DNA of 31,364 nt from a virus. Lineage: Duplodnaviria; Caudoviricetes. The stretch lies in IMG/VR virus record IMGVR_UViG_3300010366_000039, positions 1-31,364 of that record, one strand, 5' to 3'. Below, piece after piece: positions 26,570 to 31,364 of this stretch (position 1 is the first letter of the stretch; every line of letters starts with the position of its first letter). The notes under the pieces were generated by a model. That model did not search any database. It was not told where the DNA came from and worked only from the letters and a program-made list of their open reading frames with translations. Position numbers and translations under genes: made by a program.

Positions 26570-26977
26570 TCACTTCTCGAATCTGCCGACTGGCCGAATC
26601 GTCCCCATTCGAGTCAGCTCATCGTAATTGGATCGCTCGATATCTACCGCAGGTTCCGAGCCTCGATTCATGAATTTTTCGAGCGCTGATTTATCAATAT
26701 AAACCTTGGCTGGGGGGACATATTTCAGGTCTAGCCATTCCGGCCATTGAGTGGGAACCGTATAAAACTTGGTTGTTCCACGTATTGCTGTAAATAGTGC
26801 ATACGGCAACCATTGAAGGTGATGAACGAAATAATACATCCATGCCTCGAATTCTTTAGTTATATCCCTCGGATCAAGGATGAATAGTGAGTTTTTCTTG
26901 TCACTAGGCAAGGTTTTGATAAAAGTTTCGACCGTCTCTGTGTACCGACGCGCCGTTGGATTGCTCAGATTTGCCAT
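26570..26977 (-). CDS. Hypothetical protein
   Basis: GAGG RBS; AT-richer ORF; overlaps end of the replication gene. Confidence 0.65.
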   Translation of the reverse strand: MANLSNPTARRYTETVETFIKTLPSDKKNSLFILDPRDITKEFEAWMYYFVHHLQWLPYALFTAIRGTTKFYTVPTQWPEWLDLKYVPPAKVYIDKSALEKFMNRGSEPAVDIERSNYDELTRMGTIRPVGRFEK

Positions 26978-27650
26978 TCGAATACCTCTTCAGCAGTTCC
27001 TCGTGAGTGGGAAGACCGGGGCGCCATCCGATCGGTTCATTTGCCTGTCCAGTCGAGCTGGGAAGGTTCGTGGCTTCGTATTCCTCCCAGCGCCGCTGAT
27101 GGAGCCAGGTCACCGCCTGAGCCACGTAGGGGCTTCCCACGGCGTTCTTGGCGGCAAGCTGAGCAGCATACCGCCTGGCCCCAGCAATGATCACCTCGGG
27201 ATCGACCCCCGATTTGATCGCAGCCACGAATTTCTTTTTTGCCGGCGTCGGCGGGTTTGAGCCATCCCGTTTCGGATAGGCGGCCCAAAAATCAGGAAAC
27301 CGATCGAGGGATTTGGGAGCCATCTGCCCAGAAACTTGCTCCGTGGAGATTCTTTCTTTCTTCTTTCTTTCTTTCTTTTCTTTCTTAGAGTCCTTGTTTG
27401 TTTTTTCTATCGTATTTATGGCCATCGAAGGAAGAAAGTTGGGAAATTCTTCAGTGTTTTCAATTGTCACCGTGACAGGCTGTGACAGCCTGTGACGCTC
27501 ACGACAGAGTCTTTGGCGCTCGGCTGCACGCTCCCGCGTTCTCTGCAATTTAGCAAAATCTTCCTGTTGATCGATGACAACTGCGTCGACGATCTGCTGG
27601 GCGCTCATGCCCGAATCGACCATGATCTGGAGGATGGCGGCGCTAATCAT
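26904..27650 (-). CDS. Phage replication initiator-like protein
   Basis: GGGAG RBS before MISAAILQIM; RERAAERQR linker; C-terminal FPDFWAAYPKR..AKKKF..YVAQAVTWLHQRRWE domain. Confidence 0.7.
   Translation of the reverse strand: MISAAILQIMVDSGMSAQQIVDAVVIDQQEDFAKLQRTRERAAERQRLCRERHRLSQPVTVTIENTEEFPNFLPSMAINTIEKTNKDSKKEKKERKKKERISTEQVSGQMAPKSLDRFPDFWAAYPKRDGSNPPTPAKKKFVAAIKSGVDPEVIIAGARRYAAQLAAKNAVGSPYVAQAVTWLHQRRWEEYEATNLPSSTGQANEPIGWRPGLPTHEELLKRYSNGKSEQSNGASVHRDGRNFYQNLA
27351..27505. other. Putative replication origin inside the initiator gene
   Basis: GTGAC repeats at 27472, 27482 and 27492 (10-bp period) plus inverted GTCAC; pyrimidine-only tract 27351-27386. Confidence 0.5.
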
Positions 27651-27839
27651 GCTGGTCTCCCTTTTTTCTGGAGGCCAGGGCTTGCGCGGTGGAACAAAAT
27701 CCCCTATACAGGATTTGTACGCACCGGCAGCTAGACCCTGCCTCGACTGGTTACCTTGTCTCTCTGAGCCGGCCACCTCCACGGGTGCTGCCGGCTCATC
27801 CTTTTCATGGTCATCCATCTGCCATGGATTTGTCAACTC

Positions 27840-28481
27840 CTAGACGCCTAGGATGATGCGCAGCGTTTCGACGTCGGTTCTAACCTTTTCCTCGGCCTCT
27901 AGGCGCCGAGCGATCTTATTGCAGGCATGGAGTACCGTCGTATGGTCCCGCTTGGCCATCAGGCGGCCGATCGCCGGCAGCGACAGCATCGTGTACTCAC
28001 GCGCTAGATACATCGCCACCATGCGCGGATAGACGATTCTCTTTGTACGCAAGGGAGAGAGCAGAACACGCAGCTCGATGCGAAAATGGCCGCACACAGC
28101 CGTTACGACCTGTTGCAGAGTCGGCCTCGTCGGAAGACTCAAGTCGATGGTGTCAATATTTTCTTCTGTGGATAACTTTTTATCCTGTGCGAACTGTGGA
28201 TAAGTCGCTGCAATATCTTGAACAATTGGTTTAGACAATTCAGTCAACAGCCTTTGCTGGACTGTCTTTTTTCTAAATTTATCGACCTTGGCTATCAATT
28301 CCCGTCGTCGATCTTTCTGTGCCTGCCTCCTGGCTCCATAGGCCCGACGTGAAAGGATATCCAGCTCGGTTGACACATGCCCGTTCATCGGCCGCATGAG
28401 GCGCTCACGTCGGTCCCTTGCCTCGATCGGGTCAAACATCATTGTCCTCCCATGATATGCCCATCTTATCGCGAAGTTCAT
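27840..28481 (-). CDS. Stand-alone DnaA C-terminal (domain IV) HTH protein
   Basis: LRTKRIVYPRMVAMYLAREYTMLSLPAIGRLMAKRDHTTVLHACNKI; no AAA+ domain. Confidence 0.88.
   Translation of the reverse strand: MNFAIRWAYHGRTMMFDPIEARDRRERLMRPMNGHVSTELDILSRRAYGARRQAQKDRRRELIAKVDKFRKKTVQQRLLTELSKPIVQDIAATYPQFAQDKKLSTEENIDTIDLSLPTRPTLQQVVTAVCGHFRIELRVLLSPLRTKRIVYPRMVAMYLAREYTMLSLPAIGRLMAKRDHTTVLHACNKIARRLEAEEKVRTDVETLRIILGV
28167..28203. promoter_or_regulatory. Two perfect DnaA boxes (TGTGGATAA) and an intervening partial box
   Basis: 28167-75 and 28195-203 are the reverse complement of TTATCCACA; TTATCC at 28180-85. Confidence 0.7.
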
Positions 28482-28675
28482 CAGATGCTTGTGGCATTGA
28501 AATGCCTCTTCAGTTCATCGGTGAGTTCTTTACTCGGTGGATCTTTGGCGTAGTTGGTCTCCCGCCACCATTGCTGGCGAAGGGGGAGAGGAAGCTGGCG
28601 CCAGTGCTCTGGGCAGACGTTGTTGCCACACTCGCGACCGCAGACGAGGCATCTTGGCATGGAAAACTTCGTCAT
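28481..28675 (-). CDS. Small zinc-finger-like protein
   Basis: CLVC..C....CPEHWRQLP..LR. Confidence 0.7.
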   Translation of the reverse strand: MTKFSMPRCLVCGRECGNNVCPEHWRQLPLPLRQQWWRETNYAKDPPSKELTDELKRHFNATSI

Positions 28676-28818
28676 TCAAACCTCGCTGTGATATGAGGGC
28701 GGAGAAACTTATAAACTCGAAACACGAACCGCACGATCGCAGACCTGGCGTGATGTTAGTCTGCTTGCCAAAATTGCGGCCATCCGGCCCAGGAGTCATC
28801 ATAATTGCCACGCCCATT

Positions 28819-29151
28819 TCAAACCTCCACGATCTTGATTCCGTACTGGGCCTCGACCAATTTCTTCTTCAGCTTGTACAACGGAGTGCGGACGCCCTTC
28901 ACATCTTCGATAACCGGCCGAATAGGCTTCGTAATATGATACCTAAAGTCGGCGACATAGGTGCAGATATAGTGGCCGTTAATTTCGATGGGAAACCGCG
29001 GCTGTAGTTCTATTTCGGTAATCTCCCGTCCCTTCATCAACAACAGCAGTTCAGAATATCGCTTCGCCTCCTTCTTGCTTGCAAAGCGGATGCCGTCGAC
29101 AATGGTGGGCTCGGCGCGGTACTTGTGGGGCTTGGAGATAGCTAAGATCAT
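28819..29151 (-). CDS. DUF1064-family putative endonuclease
   Basis: KYRAEPTIVDGIRFASKKEAKRY..ELQPRF..YVADFRY..IEDVKG..YKLKKKL. Confidence 0.85.
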   Translation of the reverse strand: MILAISKPHKYRAEPTIVDGIRFASKKEAKRYSELLLLMKGREITEIELQPRFPIEINGHYICTYVADFRYHITKPIRPVIEDVKGVRTPLYKLKKKLVEAQYGIKIVEV

Positions 29152-29873
29152 AGCGTCCTCGTATCTATCCACCAAGCGATAAAGAAGGTGATCGGAGCGT
29201 CAGATCGCTTGTCGGGGCTCAAGATTTGGCCGCACACTATCGGATCAGCTCCGCGACGAGCAGGCAGCACCCCGAGCTGATCGAACAACTTCAACTCCAA
29301 CGCCTTGTCGGTTGCCTCACGGATTTCCGCCCGCGCGAGCTTGAAGGGAAAGTCGACGTCCCTGAAGTTGTCCGCATAATAGCGCGTCACTTGCTTTCCA
29401 TCGTCCGTGACATCCCCATAGGAGGCCTGTATCGGCTGGTCACTGACATAGCGTCCATGGCCAGCAGGCAAGATTTGCGCAAACTGTAGCCGCCGATCAA
29501 ACTTATACTTTCCATCCCGCGGTATCGGGTTCGTGCGCTTTGTCCTGATCGCGAAAATATCGATGGGGAAAGGAGGAACGATATAGTAGCCGTGTTCCAG
29601 GGCCATTTTGATCTTGCGATAGAAGTCTATACGCCGTCCGATCTTGGCAAGCTGATTGCGCCATCCCTTCTGGTCCCACTTTTTCTGCTGATGCAGAGCT
29701 AATTGCTCGTTTGCTTCAGCACTCTCATTCTTGAGAGATTGGATTTTGCGTGCAGCCCACAGAATCAGCGACCGCTGACCGGCCTCCATATCCTTTGGGC
29801 TGGTTGCGATCACGGTGAAATCCATCGGCTCGTCGACGACAGTCGGTACGATCACGGCATTGGTGTTGCTCAT
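29148..29873 (-). CDS. Hypothetical protein
   Basis: 241 aa, ATGA-coupled at both ends. Confidence 0.8.
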   Translation of the reverse strand: MSNTNAVIVPTVVDEPMDFTVIATSPKDMEAGQRSLILWAARKIQSLKNESAEANEQLALHQQKKWDQKGWRNQLAKIGRRIDFYRKIKMALEHGYYIVPPFPIDIFAIRTKRTNPIPRDGKYKFDRRLQFAQILPAGHGRYVSDQPIQASYGDVTDDGKQVTRYYADNFRDVDFPFKLARAEIREATDKALELKLFDQLGVLPARRGADPIVCGQILSPDKRSDAPITFFIAWWIDTRTL

Positions 29874-29956
29874 CGCTTGCGTCCCTTCTTTCCATTGGCT
29901 GGCCTACGCTTAATCTCCCGGTCGATTGCCCAGATCGGCGCGGGTCTCGTTTTCAT
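29870..29956 (-). CDS. 28-aa mini-ORF/relic derived from the RHH gene 3' end
   Basis: MKTRPAPIWAIDREIKRRPANGKKGRKR; ATGA overlaps at both ends; DNA copy of 30378-30457 with an 8-nt deletion. Confidence 0.5.
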   Translation of the reverse strand: MKTRPAPIWAIDREIKRRPANGKKGRKR

Positions 29957-30156
29957 AACGTTCTCGATCGGGCGATGTAATCTGAGGCAATTTTTCTTGC
30001 CCGTCTTTCCATTTCGGAAGCGAGCATAGTTGCGGTGTCCTTGTCCGAAAAAAGCACGGATTGCCCAATGATGCCATCATCGGAGCGCATGGCGACTCTA
30101 AAGCCATCCTCTGTCGAGAGGATCACAATCTCTAGAACGAAAGTCTCATCGGTCAT
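29953..30156 (-). CDS. Hypothetical protein
   Basis: ATGA-coupled ORF, 67 aa. Confidence 0.65.
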   Translation of the reverse strand: MTDETFVLEIVILSTEDGFRVAMRSDDGIIGQSVLFSDKDTATMLASEMERRARKIASDYIARSRTL

Positions 30157-30368
30157 CGCTTCCTGCCTTTTCTTTTCTTACCGGAGAGCATCCCGAACAG
30201 GCGAATGTAGTGTTGTCGATACATCTCTTGTTCGGTCCACGTCATGCGGCAAACGGCATCCTGAATCGCCAGGAATTCGGTGTCGTCAATTCCCTCGAAT
30301 TTGTGGGTCAACTTGGCCAGCATAAGCGGCCCGCAGTGAAGATATTTCGCAGACGGCTTAGGCATCAT
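30153..30368 (-). CDS. Hypothetical protein
   Basis: TGATG-coupled to the RHH gene; basic C-terminus. Confidence 0.6.
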   Translation of the reverse strand: MMPKPSAKYLHCGPLMLAKLTHKFEGIDDTEFLAIQDAVCRMTWTEQEMYRQHYIRLFGMLSGKKRKGRKR

Positions 30369-30541
30369 CAGCCGCGCCCCTTCTTTCCATTGACCCGTCG
30401 GTGCTTAATCTCCCGGTCGATTGCCCTGCGCAGCAGATCGGCGCGGGTCTCGTTTTCCTGCAATACCGCATCCATCCGCGCCATGGTGCCCTGCGGCAGC
30501 CGCGCCGGCATCTGTTCCTCGTAGAGTTTCGGCCTGCCCAA
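30368..30541 (-). CDS. Ribbon-helix-helix (CopG/Arc-like) DNA-binding protein (57 aa, TTG start, absent from ORF track)
   Basis: GGAGG RBS; MGRPKLYEEQMPARLPQGTMARMDAVLQENETRADLLRRAIDREIKHRR fits strand-helix-helix. Confidence 0.75.
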   Translation of the reverse strand: MGRPKLYEEQMPARLPQGTMARMDAVLQENETRADLLRRAIDREIKHRRVNGKKGRG

Positions 30542-30560
30542 ATCGTCCTCCAGAATTTTT

Positions 30561-30611
30561 CGATATCGGTATTGACAGAGGCGACAATATCAGATATCAC
30601 ATCGTTGTCAA
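30561..30611. promoter_or_regulatory. Overlapping bidirectional promoter pair with operator
   Basis: Plus strand TTGACA(30572-77)-N17-TATCAC; minus strand TTGACA(30611-06)-N16-TATTGT; both flank AATATCAGATATC. Confidence 0.75.
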
Positions 30612-30657
30612 CGTGAGATTGGTGGAACGGAGGACGGATGGAAAGTCGGGGCTCAAA

Positions 30658-30810
30658 ATGCTAAATCTCACACATAGATGGCTCTTGGTGAAGATATGTC
30701 ACCCCGCATCCGACAAACACGATCGACGCCTGGTGGTCGATAAGTGGTTCGACGCTTGCGAGCGCGAAATGGTCCGACTGTTCGGCGAACCGCAGAAGGA
30801 CGAAAAATGA
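30658..30810 (+). CDS. Hypothetical protein
   Basis: MLNLTHRWLL..; ATGA overlap with next gene; start uncertain. Confidence 0.45.
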   Translation: MLNLTHRWLLVKICHPASDKHDRRLVVDKWFDACEREMVRLFGEPQKDEK

Positions 30811-30968
30811 GCAATCCGCGCATAAACTGGAATGCGGTTGATCGCGAAGAAGATGAAATCTTGAGCGATCCGTCATTGTCAAATAAAGAAAAAAACAAGG
30901 CTGTTAACGATCTCTATCGCGAGCTGCGTGATGAATATCGTGAGCGTCGCATTCGACGGGGAGAATAA
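30807..30968 (+). CDS. Small hypothetical protein
   Basis: AGGA RBS; MSNPRINWNAVDREEDEIL. Confidence 0.6.
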   Translation: MSNPRINWNAVDREEDEILSDPSLSNKEKNKAVNDLYRELRDEYRERRIRRGE

Positions 30969-30969
30969 A

Positions 30970-31290
30970 ATGACCGATCCATTCTCGACCGAGGCCCTTG
31001 TGGAGTGGCTGAGGAAACAGCCGGCAGAAGGCCTATACGACTATGGCGATCCATGCGAGTGCCTATTGGCTCAGTACATTCAAACGGTAGTTCGCGCTCC
31101 GATTTGCGTTAGCTCTCGTCATTGGTGTGTGGCAGAATCTGATGAGTTCATTACCGATAATAGCTTGCCTGCCGGATGGGACGATCTGTCGTTAGGTCCA
31201 CCCGACACTATCGAAAATCATTTCTCATGGACCTTCGGTCAGGCCCTTGCCCGTGCCGAGGCTCTGCTGGCCAAGGAGAAATCACAATGA
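30970..31290 (+). CDS. Hypothetical protein
   Basis: GGAG RBS; LVEWLRKQPA..YDY.D.C.CLLAQY..WTFGQALARA. Confidence 0.75.
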   Translation: MTDPFSTEALVEWLRKQPAEGLYDYGDPCECLLAQYIQTVVRAPICVSSRHWCVAESDEFITDNSLPAGWDDLSLGPPDTIENHFSWTFGQALARAEALLAKEKSQ

Positions 31291-31364
31291 CCACATGGAT
31301 CAGCGACCAGAATGGCAACAGGTGCTCCGTCGAATATTGGGGCACTAAAGAGGACGCCCAGCGA
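31287..31364 (+). CDS. Hypothetical protein, truncated by window end
   Basis: AGGAG RBS, ATGA overlap; MTTWISDQNGNRCSVEYWG. Confidence 0.6.
   Translation, partial: MTTWISDQNGNRCSVEYWGTKEDAQR

Larger units (their letters stand above)
29883..30457. repeat. Imperfect direct repeat 29883-29954 / 30378-30457
   Basis: Shared blocks cccttctttccattg, gcttaatctcccggtcgattgcc and cagatcggcgcgggtctcgttttc. Confidence 0.9.
1..31364. mobile_element. Tailed phage/prophage genome segment (podovirus-like, likely alphaproteobacterial host); neither end is visible
   Basis: Contiguous terminase-portal-scaffold-capsid-adaptor-nozzle-ejection-fibre module plus replication and regulatory genes; dense ATGA/TGATG gene overlaps; no host housekeeping genes. 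Confidence 0.97.

Noticed and set aside
26775-26784. TGTTCCACGT, a parS half-site
   Set aside because: The second half does not match; likely chance
27651-27836. 62-aa N-terminal extension of the replication protein
   Set aside because: Better RBS at the 27650 start; the region holds a GC hairpin (GAGCCGGC/GCCGGCTC) and looks intergenic
28530-28817. 95-aa ORF between the DUF1064-like and zinc-finger genes
   Set aside because: Half overlaps the better-supported zinc-finger ORF; cannot be supported despite an upstream GGAGG
1-31364. tRNA, CRISPR array, integrase, endolysin, reverse transcriptase, ribozyme cores
   Set aside because: None recognised by eye; the SLT domain belongs to a virion ejection protein; dedicated scans were not run

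Overview
The whole window is part of a tailed-phage or prophage genome with short-tailed (P22/podovirus-like) architecture. The host is probably an alphaproteobacterium (Rhizobiales-like), inferred from remembered protein families. Most genes lie on the minus strand. From right to left: a divergent control region with overlapping promoters and a ribbon-helix-helix (RHH) regulator; an early/replication block (DUF1064-like nuclease, stand-alone DnaA domain-IV protein, replication initiator with an internal iteron/AT-rich origin candidate, NusG paralog); a short oppositely oriented operon; a structured ~250-nt leader; terS/terL; portal; accessory virion genes; scaffold; major capsid; two glycosyltransferase-like genes; adaptor; nozzle with an inserted LamG domain; three ejection proteins (one with a lytic transglycosylase domain); tail fibre and C1q-like genes; and two exported proteins. 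The most notable signals are cis-elements resembling those of the host chromosome. These are a perfect parS palindrome hidden in an ejection gene, two perfect DnaA boxes inside the gene for the DnaA DNA-binding-domain protein, and, more weakly, a possible XerD/dif half-site. Also notable are an identical operator/promoter architecture at two promoters 6.4 kb apart, and a NusG paralog paired with a structured late leader. All family assignments are by visual motif recognition, not database search. No integrase, endolysin, tRNA or CRISPR array was seen.
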